Positions 40,505-50,544 of a stretch of DNA of 64,000 nt are shown here, piece by piece. A program made the translations under genes and the position numbers. Under the pieces are notes generated by a model. The model was not told where the DNA came from, ran no database searches, and saw nothing but the letters and a program-made list of their open reading frames with translations. Numbering within the stretch: position 1 is the first letter of the stretch; the number at the start of each line of letters is the position of its first letter. Source of the DNA: an uncultured beta proteobacterium (lineage in GTDB: Bacteria > Pseudomonadota > Gammaproteobacteria > Burkholderiales > SHXO01); the NCBI GenBank assembly GCA_963772865.1, contig CAVYZA010000028.1:10610-74609 (forward strand), read 5' to 3'.

Positions 40505-40597
40505 TTTTCTTCCTCCCCGGTTGTGGTCCTTGTGCTTAGGAGCTCGTCGTAGTTAGTGCTGCCGCCCGAAAGCGGCTCCTCCATCGATGCGGTTTCA

Positions 40598-41554
40598 TCA
40601 GCCCGGCACCACGTGCGTGCCGGTCGCGCCAGACAACGCGCGGCCGAGGTTGGGCGGATCGGTGATGATCGCGCGCCGCGCGCCGCCGGGCTCGAGGAAC
40701 GAGGCAATGGCCTCGATCTTCGGACCCATGCTGCCCTTGGGAAAGTGCCCCTCGGCCAGATAGCGCCTGGCCTCGCTGAGCGTCATCTGGTCGAGCCAGC
40801 GCTGGTTCGGCTGGTTGAAATGGATGGCGACCTTCTCGACACCGGTCGAGACCACGAACAGGTCGGCGTTCAGGTCGTGCGCCAGCAGCGCCGAGGCGAA
40901 GTCCTTGTCGATCACCGCCTCCAGGCCCTCGAGGCTGCCTTCCGCATCCTCCACCACGGGGATGCCGCCTCCGCCGCACGCGATGACGATGTGGCCCTGC
41001 TCCACCAGCGCGGCGATGATGTCCAGCTCGATGATGCGCTTCGGCTTCGGCGAGCCCACCACGCGCCGCCAGCCGCGGCCCGCGTCCTCCTTCACCACCC
41101 AGCCGAAGTTCGCGGCCAGGCTCTCCGCGACCTCGCGGTCCATGTGCGCGCCGATCGGCTTGGTCGGATTGGCCAGCGCCGGGTCGTCGCGATCCACCAG
41201 CACCTGCGTCACCACCGCCACGACCTTGCGCTTCAGGCCGCGGCGTCGGAACTCGTTGTACAGCGCGCGCTGGAACATGTAGCCGATGGCACCCTGCGTG
41301 TCCGCATCGGCATAGTCCACCGGCACTTCCGGGACCACGCCTTTCGCGATGCCGGAGCGGCGCAGGATGAATCCGACCTGCGGGCCGTTGCCATGGGTGA
41401 GGATCACGGTGACGCCGGCCTCCACCATGTCGGCGACATAGCGGGACGAGATGGCCGCGGCCGTGTACTGGTCCGGGATCGACTGGTGCTGGTCGTCGAT
41501 GATCAGGGCGTTGCCGCCCACCGCGACGATTGCGGTCTTGCCTCGTGCGCTCAT
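40598..41554 (-). CDS. arcC: Carbamate kinase (paralog 2)
   Basis: Intact 318-aa ORF with the same motif set as paralog 1 (AIVAVGGNAL, LTHGNGPQVG, EDAGRGWRRV, ACGGGGIPV, GSMGPKIEA). Confidence 0.9.
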   Translation of the reverse strand: MSARGKTAIVAVGGNALIIDDQHQSIPDQYTAAAISSRYVADMVEAGVTVILTHGNGPQVGFILRRSGIAKGVVPEVPVDYADADTQGAIGYMFQRALYNEFRRRGLKRKVVAVVTQVLVDRDDPALANPTKPIGAHMDREVAESLAANFGWVVKEDAGRGWRRVVGSPKPKRIIELDIIAALVEQGHIVIACGGGGIPVVEDAEGSLEGLEAVIDKDFASALLAHDLNADLFVVSTGVEKVAIHFNQPNQRWLDQMTLSEARRYLAEGHFPKGSMGPKIEAIASFLEPGGARRAIITDPPNLGRALSGATGTHVVPG

Positions 41555-41629
41555 GCCGGCGCTCCTTGTATTTTTGATTCCGGCGCTGTCTGCCAGGGCA
41601 GCGCCCGCAACATGCGAACTTCTGTCGAT

Positions 41630-42031
41630 TCAGCTCCTCACGTTCTCCGCGGCGATGTAGGCTCGCCAGCCGCCGTACGAGGTGATTTCCCGCTGCCCCT
41701 CCACCAGCGCAGGCTCGCCGAGCACACCCAGCACGGTGCTCCCGTCTTCGAGCTTGACCTTGCCGATGCTCAGGCCGGGCGGTTCGTTGAGCAGAATCCC
41801 CGCGAGCCCGGCTGCAGGCACCGACCAGACTTCGACTGCGACTTTGACGCCCTTGCCATCGGTCACGCGGACCATGGCAGGATGCTCGTCGTTGATGGTC
41901 CACAGCCGATACGCGCGCTCGGTCTTCGTCTCCCGAACGAACGTCGCCTTCGCGGCGATCATGTTGGGGTTGAGCTTGAGCCCGCGCATCAACGTGCCGT
42001 TGACCGCGAGCAGGACTTCGCCGGTGCTCAT
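41630..42031 (-). CDS. Stand-alone allophanate-hydrolase C-terminal-domain-like / gamma-glutamylcyclotransferase-fold protein
   Basis: This is the C-terminal 133 aa of track ORF 41630..43588. It reads MSTGEVLLAVNGTLMRGLKLNPNMIAAKATFVRETKTERAYRLW...VAVEVWSVPAAGLAGILLNEPPGLSIGKVKLEDGSTVLGVLGEPALVEGQREITSYGGWRAYI. The ATG at 42031 overlaps the upstream stop (ATGA). Confidence 0.6.
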   Translation of the reverse strand: MSTGEVLLAVNGTLMRGLKLNPNMIAAKATFVRETKTERAYRLWTINDEHPAMVRVTDGKGVKVAVEVWSVPAAGLAGILLNEPPGLSIGKVKLEDGSTVLGVLGEPALVEGQREITSYGGWRAYIAAENVRS

Positions 42032-43450
42032 CGAGCATCTCCTCGAGCGTCGAGTGTCTTGCCGAGTGCCGCGAGCGCCTGGTTGAAGCACTCCATCGGC
42101 GCGGTGGTGATACCGGCGCCGATCTGGCCGACACCCGCCTTCTTGTGGGCGATCCCCGTGTTGATGATCGGCAGGACACCGGAGTCGACCACCAGCCTCG
42201 CGTCGATGCCCGCGGGTGTGCCGCCGAAGTTGAGCGCGGGCAAGGTGAACGCCGGATTGCTGCCCAGCGTGATGGAGAGCATGCGCCGGCTGTTCGCCGT
42301 TGCGTCCGCCGGGTTGCCGCCGACGAACTGCACGATGGCGGGCGAGGCCGCCATCGCAAACCCGCCGAGTCCATTCGTCTCGGTGATGGCCGAATCGCCC
42401 AGGTCGGCGGCGGCATCCTCGATGGTGTAGCCGGGGAAGTACAGGCCGTTGACCGGATTGGCCGGGCGCCTGGAACCACTGATCGCCCGTCCCGCTCAGG
42501 CGAATGCCGAAGTTGACGCCATTGCGTGCCATCACGGTCACCATGCTGCTCCCCGGCACGCCGTGCGCCGCATCGGACATCGACTTGCACGCCGCCATCG
42601 AGAGGTTGAGGAAGAAGTGGTCGTTGCCCGCCACGAAGGTGAGCGCGCGCTTGACGACATCGCTGGAGAGCTTCGAGCCCAGCAATGCCAGCGTCAGCCG
42701 CTTGAACAGCAGCCCGGAGGCCGCGGCGTTGCGGTTGTGCACCTCGTCGCCCATGTGCAGCGCCTGGGCCATCAACGGCTTCAAATTGGCATCGGCCAGG
42801 CCGCGCACCGCAATCTGCATCGCGCTGAAGAACTCGGTGCCCAGCCAGCGCAGCCGGTCGATGACTTCGGGAGAATTCGCGCCGAAGCGCAGCACCTTGC
42901 CCAGCCCCTCGTTGACGTTGCAGAAGGCGCGGTTGCCGGCCGCGGTGTTCTCCACGACCCACACCGGCATCGACGGGCTGATGATGCCGGCCATCGGCCC
43001 CACGGCACCGTAGGTGTGGCACGGCTCCAGGGCCACCGCACCGCTCGCCGCGAGCTTTTCCGCAGCCTCGAGCGTGGCGGCCCAGCCCTCGTACAGGATC
43101 GCCCCGCAGATCGCGCCCTGTTGCGGCCCGCACATGTCGGCCCAGGCGATGGGCGGACCCGAGTGCAGGATGCGCCGCTCGTTGAGCGCGGGGATCGCCT
43201 CGCGCGCGAGGACGAAGTCCACCAGGCGCGGCTGGGCGGCCAGATAGCGCTCGTAGGCGACTCGGTTCGCTTCGTCGATGCGCGCATCACCGATCATGTT
43301 GGCCAGCGTCCAGCCCAGCGCAGCATCCGCCCCCGCAGGCGGCGACCAGCTCAGGTGGGAGACATTCCCGCGCGCCGCGCGGATGTTGTCGGCGAAGCCC
43401 TGCAGGCCGATGTTGATCACCTTGAGGTCCTGCTCGAACAGCGTCTTCAC
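42028..43450 (-). CDS. DUF1116-family protein (E. coli YlbE-like); 1 frameshift near 42470
   Basis: The GTG at 43450 overlaps the fdrA stop (GTGA). Track ORF 41630..43588 supplies VKTLFEQDLKVINIGLQGFADNI...ILHSGPPIAWADMCGPQQGAICGAILYEGWA...CHTYGAVGPMAGIISPSMPVWVVEN. Track ORF 42028..42354 supplies the C-terminus. Confidence 0.8.
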
Positions 43451-45009
43451 GACTTGGCTCCTCTCTCTGCGAGGATAACTGCCGACCAGCTCGCGGCCTC
43501 CGCGTTGGAGGGCGCTACCAGCACGCCGGCCGACTTGAGACCGGTGACGGCCTTGTCGCGGCTCTGCGGGTCGAGGTCGGTGCCGCACACGTAGCCGATG
43601 AACGCGACCGTGCGGCCCGCCGCCGTCGCCTTGGCCTTGGCCGCGCCGATGACGCCGAGGAGCCCCGCGGTCGGGTCCGCCGAGGCTCCGTAGCCGAGGA
43701 CGACGTCGAACAGCACCACCGCCGTAGCCGGGTCGTCCACTTCGTCGCGGATGCGCGCATCACGCAGTGAGGGATCGATCATCGGGTGCGGCCGGCCCTG
43801 GGTGAACTCGTCGTCACCCATGTCGATGATGGTGTTCTCCTGGCTCTTCCAGTTGCTCTCGAGCGGCCGGTTGCCGGCCGTCGGCGTGTTGGAGAAGGCG
43901 CGGATTGACGCCGCAGCGTGCACGAGCTGCGCCTCGAAGCAGAACGTTCCACCCGAGAAGATGCCGCGCACGTAACGCTGGCTCGGGGCCATCGCACGGG
44001 CGAGGCCGCTCAACATGCGGCGCATCTCGGTGGGCACCGCGATCGGTGCTGCGCGGGCCTCGCCGCCTTTCGAAAGCGCCACCGCCATGTCGGCGGCCTG
44101 GGCCAGATAGGCAGCTCCGTGCACCCCCTTGCGGGTAATGGTCGCAGGGTCGGCGCCGAGGAAGATCACCACCACCGGCTTCGCGCTCGCTTCGGCCGCG
44201 GCCAGAACGCGCGCGGCGATCTCCGGCGCCGGCGGCTTGGACACCAGCACGATCACCTTGGTGGCGGGGTCGGCGTCCAGCGCGCGCAGCCCGTAGAGCA
44301 TGGAGATCCCGCCGATCTGCTTGGACAGATCGTGGCCGCCGGTGCCCAGCGCCTGCGACACGCCGGAGCCGAGCTGATGGATCCTGACGGTGACCTCCTG
44401 CGTTCCGGTGCCGGAGGCGCCCACGACGCCGATGGGACCGCGCCGGACGACGTTGGCGAAGCCCAGCGGGACGCCGTTGACGATGGCGGTTCCGCAGTCC
44501 GGCCCCATCACCATCAAGTCGTGCTCGTTGGCGTAGGTCTTCAATGCCAGCTCGCGCTCGACCGGGACGTTGTCGCTGAACAGCATGACGTGCATGCCCA
44601 GCCGCAGCGCCTTCATCGCCTCGGCCGCCGCGTAGTCGCCGGGCACCGAGATCAGCGCGAAGTTGCAGGCCGGATCGCGCGCCACTGCCATCTGGATGCT
44701 GGTGACCGGCGCCTGCGCCGCGGAGTCCTCCTCGTTGCCGCCGCCGGCCTTGGCAGTGAGCAGCTCGTCGGCTTTCTGCAGCGCTTCGGCACAAGCCTCG
44801 TCGGCGCCCGACACCGCAACCACGAGGTCGTTGGGACGGACTTCGAACGTCCCCAACCCGGCGCGCGCGAGGTTCTCGACGTTGGTGGCCGAGGCCATCA
44901 CGACCGAGGCCGCTTCGATCCCCGGCACGGCCGTGATCTTCGCGGACACGGTCATGAGCGAAACCGAGTCCTTGTACAGATTCGGGTAATAGCGCGAGCG
45001 CGTACTCAT
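43447..45009 (-). CDS. fdrA: FdrA (acyl-CoA synthetase/succinyl-CoA-synthetase-alpha-like) protein
   Basis: Intact 520-aa ORF. Motifs are YKDSVSLM, ALISVPGDYAAAEA, MVMGPDCGTAIVNGVPLGFAN, GPIGVVGASGTGTQEV and LGTGGHDL. Confidence 0.9.
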   Translation of the reverse strand: MSTRSRYYPNLYKDSVSLMTVSAKITAVPGIEAASVVMASATNVENLARAGLGTFEVRPNDLVVAVSGADEACAEALQKADELLTAKAGGGNEEDSAAQAPVTSIQMAVARDPACNFALISVPGDYAAAEAMKALRLGMHVMLFSDNVPVERELALKTYANEHDLMVMGPDCGTAIVNGVPLGFANVVRRGPIGVVGASGTGTQEVTVRIHQLGSGVSQALGTGGHDLSKQIGGISMLYGLRALDADPATKVIVLVSKPPAPEIAARVLAAAEASAKPVVVIFLGADPATITRKGVHGAAYLAQAADMAVALSKGGEARAAPIAVPTEMRRMLSGLARAMAPSQRYVRGIFSGGTFCFEAQLVHAAASIRAFSNTPTAGNRPLESNWKSQENTIIDMGDDEFTQGRPHPMIDPSLRDARIRDEVDDPATAVVLFDVVLGYGASADPTAGLLGVIGAAKAKATAAGRTVAFIGYVCGTDLDPQSRDKAVTGLKSAGVLVAPSNAEAASWSAVILAERGAKS

Positions 45010-45838
45010 GCCGCCGCCCTTTCATCGTCAATCCGGAGAAATTCGGGCGCTGCAGCGAGCAGGCCCACACACATATCCGCGCCGGACGTAGCGCCCGTTT
45101 CGACCACGCGCTGAATCTTGTCCGTCAGCCGCTCCAGCGCGGCATTCTCGATCAACGCCGCCACGAGCTCGTGCACGGCCCGGCTGAATCGTCCGGCCAG
45201 CCGCCTGCCGCAGCAGATGCCCGCTGATGTCCGTGGTTCCAGGCAGCAGCGGGAGCAGCGCGCGCCGCAGCGAGTCGGCCGCGGCGACCCCCGCCGGACC
45301 CGAGTGCGCGGACCTGAGAACTGCGAGTATCCCGATCAGCACGTCGTCGCCGGCGGGTGTGGATCCCGGTCCGTGGCCTACCGCGCCTGGCAGGACAATG
45401 CCGAGGGCATCGCGGATCGCGCAACGCCGAGGTCACGTCGCCAGCCAGCCGCGGAGAGCCGGACCAGCATCGATGCCGGACCGCTCCTGCGACGACGGCG
45501 AGGCGCTGACTCAAGCCCGGAACGGGCTTGGCCGGGACCGCGGGCATCCAGCGCGGCGCCGCACGGCAGTCCACCACGAGGCGCCTGCTTCCGGGTCCGA
45601 TCCCCACGAACCCCGATCGGACATCCACTCGCTCGCCGCGGCACAGGCCGAAAGCGTCGAAGGTCCTCGCGCCGACACGAATCCCAAACGCAAGCTCGCC
45701 CTGATCTGCCCCCGTCAGCGTCCACAGGTCGCCCCGGATCTCGAGGTTGACCGCACGCGCGAATACGCTGTGAACAGCACCCGCACTCACTGCGTGCACG
45801 TCGAGCGCGGGGCCCACGGACAGTGCCTGGAGTACCAC
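45006..45838 (-). CDS. DUF2877-family protein (E. coli YlbF-like); at least 3 frameshifts
   Basis: Assembled from track ORFs 45152..45838 (N-terminus), 45028..45342 (LIGILAVLRSAHSG...) and a manually recovered tail. The tail reads KIQRVVETGATSGADMCVGLLAAAPEFLRIDDERAAA-TGA and forms an ATGA overlap with the fdrA ATG (45006-45009). Confidence 0.65.
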
Positions 45839-45844
45839 TTGGCT

Positions 45845-46504
45845 TCAGGAAATCGCCTGGATGAAGTTCTTGGCGTTCGACACCCACCCGAAGATGGCGC
45901 CTTGCGCCTTGATCATCTCGAGGCCGACGCGCTGGAACTCGGGGAAGTAGGACGCCACGCAATCGCTCAGCACCACACACTCGAAGCCGCGGTCGTTCGC
46001 CTCGCGTACCGTGGTGTGCACGCACACCTCGAGTGTGACCCCGCAGACCACGAGCGTCTTGATTCCGCGATCGAGAAGGATCTGCTGCAGATCGGTGGCG
46101 TGGAAGGAGCCCTTGCCGGGCTTGTCGATCACCGGCTCCCCCGCGATCGGATAGAGCTGGTGGATGATGTCGTGCCCCTGCTCCCCGCGCACCAGGATGC
46201 GGCCCATGGGTCCGGGGGTACCGATGAAGGTCTTGCCGCCGCGCGTCAGTTTCGCGGGCGGACAATCGGTCAGATCGGGGCGATGGCCCTCGCGCGTGTG
46301 GATGACCAGCAGCCCCTTCTTGCGTGCCGCAGCAAGCACCCGTTGCGTGGGCTCGACGGCGGCGAGCAGCAGCGAGGTGTCGTTGCCCAGCTTCTCGCCG
46401 AACCCGCCGGGCAGGACGAAGTCGCGTTGCATATCGATGATGACGAGCGCCGTGGAGGCCGCGTCGAACTCGAGCGGGAAAGGCTCGGCTTGAATTACGC
46501 TCAT
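45845..46504 (-). CDS. Isochorismatase-fold cysteine hydrolase (RutB / biuret-hydrolase-like amidohydrolase)
   Basis: Track ORF 45845..46537; the likely start is M12 at 46504. Motifs are ALVIIDMQRDF, HTREGHRPD, KPGKGSFHATDL and the catalytic Cys in LVVCGVTLEVCVHTTVREA. Confidence 0.85.
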   Translation of the reverse strand: MSVIQAEPFPLEFDAASTALVIIDMQRDFVLPGGFGEKLGNDTSLLLAAVEPTQRVLAAARKKGLLVIHTREGHRPDLTDCPPAKLTRGGKTFIGTPGPMGRILVRGEQGHDIIHQLYPIAGEPVIDKPGKGSFHATDLQQILLDRGIKTLVVCGVTLEVCVHTTVREANDRGFECVVLSDCVASYFPEFQRVGLEMIKAQGAIFGWVSNAKNFIQAIS

Positions 46505-46631
46505 GATGGCACCTTGCACCTTATGGCAGACAGTCAAGAACAGAACACGATTCCGACAGAAACATCGTCATGCTTGTGGTTCAGGTCGGTGCGTCCGGCC
46601 GCGCGCGCTCGCGCACGGCGTGCACACCCCG

Positions 46632-46988
46632 CTACTGCGCACGCTGCACTGTGCCGCTCTCGGAGATCGCGCTGCACACCGCGTTCGGCACGCACGCCAC
46701 CGAGTAGATCGTGCTCAGCTTGCACCCCGTAACTTCGATGCGGTAGACCACGCGGTGCAGGTTGTATTGATTGCCCAGGTCGCCATGCTCGCGGGACAGC
46801 ACCGCTGGCTTCACGGCTCCGCAGTTGAGATCGGTGCGGGCGCGGTCGATCGCGGCCTCGATGGCCTGCGGCTCCAGCTTGTCCACCATGCCCTGTTGGC
46901 GCTCCGGGCTGGCGCAGCCTCCAAGTTGCAGCACTACGATCGCAACTCCAAGCATCGCGTGAAACATGCCCGCCACCGTCGTGCGCAT
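46632..46988 (-). CDS. Small lipoprotein, unknown function
   Basis: This is the C-terminal 118 aa of track ORF 46632..47528. It begins MRTTVAGMFHAMLGVAIVVLQLGGCASPE, a lipobox L-G-G-C. Its start overlaps the upstream stop by 1 nt. Confidence 0.6.
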   Translation of the reverse strand: MRTTVAGMFHAMLGVAIVVLQLGGCASPERQQGMVDKLEPQAIEAAIDRARTDLNCGAVKPAVLSREHGDLGNQYNLHRVVYRIEVTGCKLSTIYSVACVPNAVCSAISESGTVQRAQ

Positions 46989-48191
46989 CAACTCTCCCTT
47001 GGATGGTTCGAAAGATAGTCTTGCAGGCGGCGCACCCCCTCGGCCAGCACCGGGATCGGCTTCGGATAAGAGAAGCGCACATGCGCCGCGGCCTGATGGT
47101 CGCCGAAGTCGATCCCCGGCGCGATGGCGACACCGGCGCGCTCCAGCAGATCGAGGCAGAACTGGAAGCTGTCGCGGGTCAGCCGGCCGCAGTTGGCGTA
47201 GATGTAGAAAGCGCCCTGCGGAACTACGGGAATGTCGAAACCCAGCTTGCGCAGCTCCGGGAGCAGATAGTCGCGCTGCGCCTGGAATGCCGCGCGGTTG
47301 CGCTCCAGCTCGTCGAGCACCGCCGGCTGGAACACGGCGAGCGCGGCCTGCATCGACACTTCCGGGTTCGAGATGTAGAGGTTCTGCGCCAGCTTCTCGA
47401 TGTCGGCCATGTATTCGGCCGGCGCGACCATCCAGCCGGCGCGCCAGCCGGTCATGCAGAAATACTTGGAGAAGCTGTTGATGACGAACACATCGTCGCC
47501 CAGCTCCAGCGCGCTGCGCGCGGAGCAATCGTAAGTCAGGCCGTGGTAGATCTCGTCGACGATCAGCACGCCGCCGCGGCGGCGCACCACCTCGTGGATG
47601 CGCCGCAGCTCGTCGAATGCGATGAGCGTGCCGGTCGGATTCGATGGCGAGGCCACCATCACGCCAGCCGTCCGTTCGGTCCAGTGACGATCCACCAGCT
47701 CGGCGGTGAGCTGATAGTCGGTGGAAGCGTCCACCGGGATGCCGACCGACTCACCCTCCATCGCGCGCACGAAGTGGCGGTTGGCCGGGTACGCGGGATC
47801 GGCGGTCAGCACCTGGTCGCCGGGCGAGAGCAGGACCCCCATCCCGAGCAGCAGCGCACCCGAAGAGCCGCTGGTCACGGCGATGCGCGCTGGCGGGATA
47901 TCCAGTCCATAGCGCGTGCGGTACCAGCCGGAGAGCGCCTCGCGCAGTGGCGGGTATCCCGAGGGAGGGGGTATAGCGCACCTGCCCGGCCTGCAGCGCG
48001 GCGATGCCGGCGCGGATCACCGGCTCCGGCGTGGGAAAGTCCGGCTCGCCGATGACCATGTTGATGATGCTGCGCCCCTGCGCCTCGAGGGCGCGGGCGC
48101 GCGTCACCAGCGCCACCACGTGGAACGGCTCGATGGCCGCCATGCGGGAAGCGAGACGATGCGACGGGACGAGGCGCTCGGGTCGATTCAT
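46988..48191 (-). CDS. Class I/II pyridoxal-phosphate-dependent aminotransferase; 1 frameshift near 47950
   Basis: Track ORF 47751..48251 from M21 (MNRPERL...IINMVIGEPDFPTPEPV) joined to ORF 46988..47878. Motifs are SPSNPTGT and the PLP lysine in NSFSKYFCMTGWRAGW. Confidence 0.85.
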
Positions 48192-48285
48192 GTGTCTGCC
48201 AGGGGTGGCGCCTGCAGTTTGCGTTAGGTTAGCACAGCCTGCACCCGGCACCGGGACGGGCTACTATTCGGGCGTTTCAAACAGA

Positions 48286-48434
48286 ACCGCATCGACCACA
48301 GAGAACACAGAGGATCACAGAGGAAGGCAAGAGTCATATCGGCTTTCGCCGGGATTTCTTGCGGCGTGCGCCGGATGCGCTTGCGCCTCTCGCCGTTCTC
48401 TGTGTTCCTCGGTGTCCTCTGTGGTTCATGCGGT
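48286..48434. repeat. MITE-like inverted-repeat element (CCTCTGTG variant), copy 2
   Basis: Arm 48286-48333 is accgcatcgaccacagagaacacagaggatcacagaggaaggcaagag. Arm 48387-48434 is ctctcgccgttctctgtgttcctcggtgtcctctgtggttcatgcggt. They are imperfect reverse complements separated by a 53-bp spacer. The core is related to the copy at 25998-26171. Confidence 0.7.
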
Positions 48435-48452
48435 CTCGCTCCAAGGGAACGG

Positions 48453-49398
48453 ATGAAGATAGCGATCGTAGGAGCCGGCGGCGTCGGCGGATATTTCGGC
48501 GCGCGCCTGGCCGCGGCAGGTGAGGACGTCTGGTTCATCGCGCGCGGTGCGCACCTGGACGCGATGCGGCAGAGCGGCCTGCAGGTCTACAGCGCCAACG
48601 GCGACGTGCTGATCAAGCCGTGCAAGGCCACCGACAAGCCCGCGGAGGTCGGCACGGCGGATCTTGTGATCGTCACGGTGAAGCTGTGGTCCACGCAGGC
48701 GGCCCTGGCGGACGCGAAGCCGATGGTGGGCCCGAAGACCGCGGTCGTCTCGTTCCAGAACGGCGTCGTGGCCGCGGACCAGATCGCGCAGGTCTACGGG
48801 CGCGAGCGCACCCTGGGCGGTGTCGCCAACATCGGGGCTGTGATCGAGAAGCCCGGCGTCATCCGCCACACCGGCACGATGGCGGGGCTCACCTTCGGCG
48901 AACTGGACGGGAAGATCTCGCCGCGCGTGCAGGCGCTGGCCGAGGCTTGCACCCGCGCCGGCATTCAGCACAAGGCGAGCGACGACATCACCAAGGCGAT
49001 CTGGGAGAAGTACGTGTTCCTGGTTGCCGCCAGCGCGATGACCTCGCTCACGCGCCTGCCGGTGGGTGCGGTTCGCGAGGATCCCGACACGCGCGCGCTC
49101 ACCGGGCAGATCATGGCCGAGGCCGCTGCGGTGGGTCGCGCCAAGGGCGTCGAACTCGACGCGGACCTGCCGGAGAAGCTGCTCGCCCGCATGGACACGC
49201 TGCCGCGCGCAGATGGTCGCCTCCATGCTGGGCGATCTGGAACGCGGCAACCGCCTGGAGCTGCCGTGGCTGTCCGGAGGTGTAGTCGAAATGGGCCGGG
49301 AGCTCCGCATCGCCACGCCGGCCAATGCTTTCATAAGTGCCGCGCTCAAACTCTACATCGACGGGCGGCCGGCGGACGCGCGGAACGTGCCGCACTAG
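48453..49398 (+). CDS. panE: 2-dehydropantoate 2-reductase (ApbA/PanE family); 1 frameshift near 49205
   Basis: Track ORF 48366..49421 from M30 (MKIAIVGAGGVGGYFGARLA...) joined to ORF 49066..49398 (MVASMLGDLERGNRLELPWLSGGVVEMGRELRIATP). Confidence 0.85.
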
Positions 49399-49417
49399 CC
49401 TTTGTTCAGAGGGGACC

Positions 49418-50512
49418 ATGACGACCAAGCTTGCCATCAGAAACATCCGCGCCCGCCCGGTGCTGGTGCCGTTCAAGCGGCCGCCGGTCTCGGCGAGCGG
49501 CGGCATCCCCGGCGCCGCGCTGGTGCTGATCGACCTCGAGACCGACGGCGGGCTCACCGGCCGGTCTTACGTGTTCGGGTTCACGCCGTGGGCGATCAAG
49601 CCCATCGCCGGCTGCGTCGAGGGTCTGGGGGGAGCAATCAAGGGCGACGCGTGTGCGCCGCTGGAGCTGGACGCGAAGCTGCGCAAGCAGGTGAAGCTGC
49701 TCGATACGCCAGGACTGGTCGGCATCGCGCTGGCCGGGATCGACATGGCGGCGTGGGATGCGCTGGCCCAGGCCGAGGGCGTCCCGCTGGTGCGGCTGCT
49801 CGGCGGCACGCCCCGCCCGGTGCGCGCTTACAACAGCTGCGGCCTGTGGATCCAGCCGGTCGAAAAGCTGGCTGACGAGGCCGAGCAACTCGCTGCGGAA
49901 GGCGGCTTCGCGGCGGTGAAGCTGCGCATCGGGCGTGACGATCCCGCCCAGGACCTGGCCGCCGTGCGCGCGGTGCAAAAACGCGTAGGCGGTCGGATCA
50001 CCCTGATGTCCGACTACAACCAGCGGCTCAGCGTGAACGAGGCGATCCTGCGCGGTCGCATGCTCGACGACGAAGGCCTGTACTGGATCGAGGAGCCGGT
50101 GCGGCACGACGATTACGCCGGCTATGCGCGCATCTGCGCGGAGCTGCAGACGCCGATCCAGACCGGTGAGAACCTGCTCAATACCTACGAGATGGCCCAG
50201 GCCATCGCGCTGGAATCGCTCGACTACGTCATGCCCGACGTGCAGCGCATCGGTGGGGTCACCGGCTGGCTGCGCGCTGCCGCCCTCGCCCATGCTCACG
50301 GCATCGAGATGTCCAGCCACCTCTTCCCCGAGGTGAGCTGCCATCTGCTCGGCGTCACGCCCACCTGCCACTGGCTGGAGTACATGGACTGGGCCGCGCC
50401 GGTTCTCAAACAGCCCTGCGAGCTCAAGGACGGCTGCGTCGTGATTCCCGACCGCCCGGGCACGGGGATCGAGTGGGACGAGGCAGCGGTCAAGCGCTAT
50501 CTTGTGAGCTGA
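49418..50512 (+). CDS. Enolase-superfamily enzyme (mandelate racemase / muconate lactonizing enzyme family)
   Basis: Track ORF 49337..50512 from M28. The reading frame is intact. Motifs are GIDMAAWDALAQAEGVPLVRLLGG, AVKLRIG, LMSDYNQ, YWIEEP and DYVMPDVQRIGGVTG. Confidence 0.9.
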   Translation: MTTKLAIRNIRARPVLVPFKRPPVSASGGIPGAALVLIDLETDGGLTGRSYVFGFTPWAIKPIAGCVEGLGGAIKGDACAPLELDAKLRKQVKLLDTPGLVGIALAGIDMAAWDALAQAEGVPLVRLLGGTPRPVRAYNSCGLWIQPVEKLADEAEQLAAEGGFAAVKLRIGRDDPAQDLAAVRAVQKRVGGRITLMSDYNQRLSVNEAILRGRMLDDEGLYWIEEPVRHDDYAGYARICAELQTPIQTGENLLNTYEMAQAIALESLDYVMPDVQRIGGVTGWLRAAALAHAHGIEMSSHLFPEVSCHLLGVTPTCHWLEYMDWAAPVLKQPCELKDGCVVIPDRPGTGIEWDEAAVKRYLVS

Positions 50513-50544
50513 AGGACTCAGTTTCGTACGTTCGTCAGCGTATC

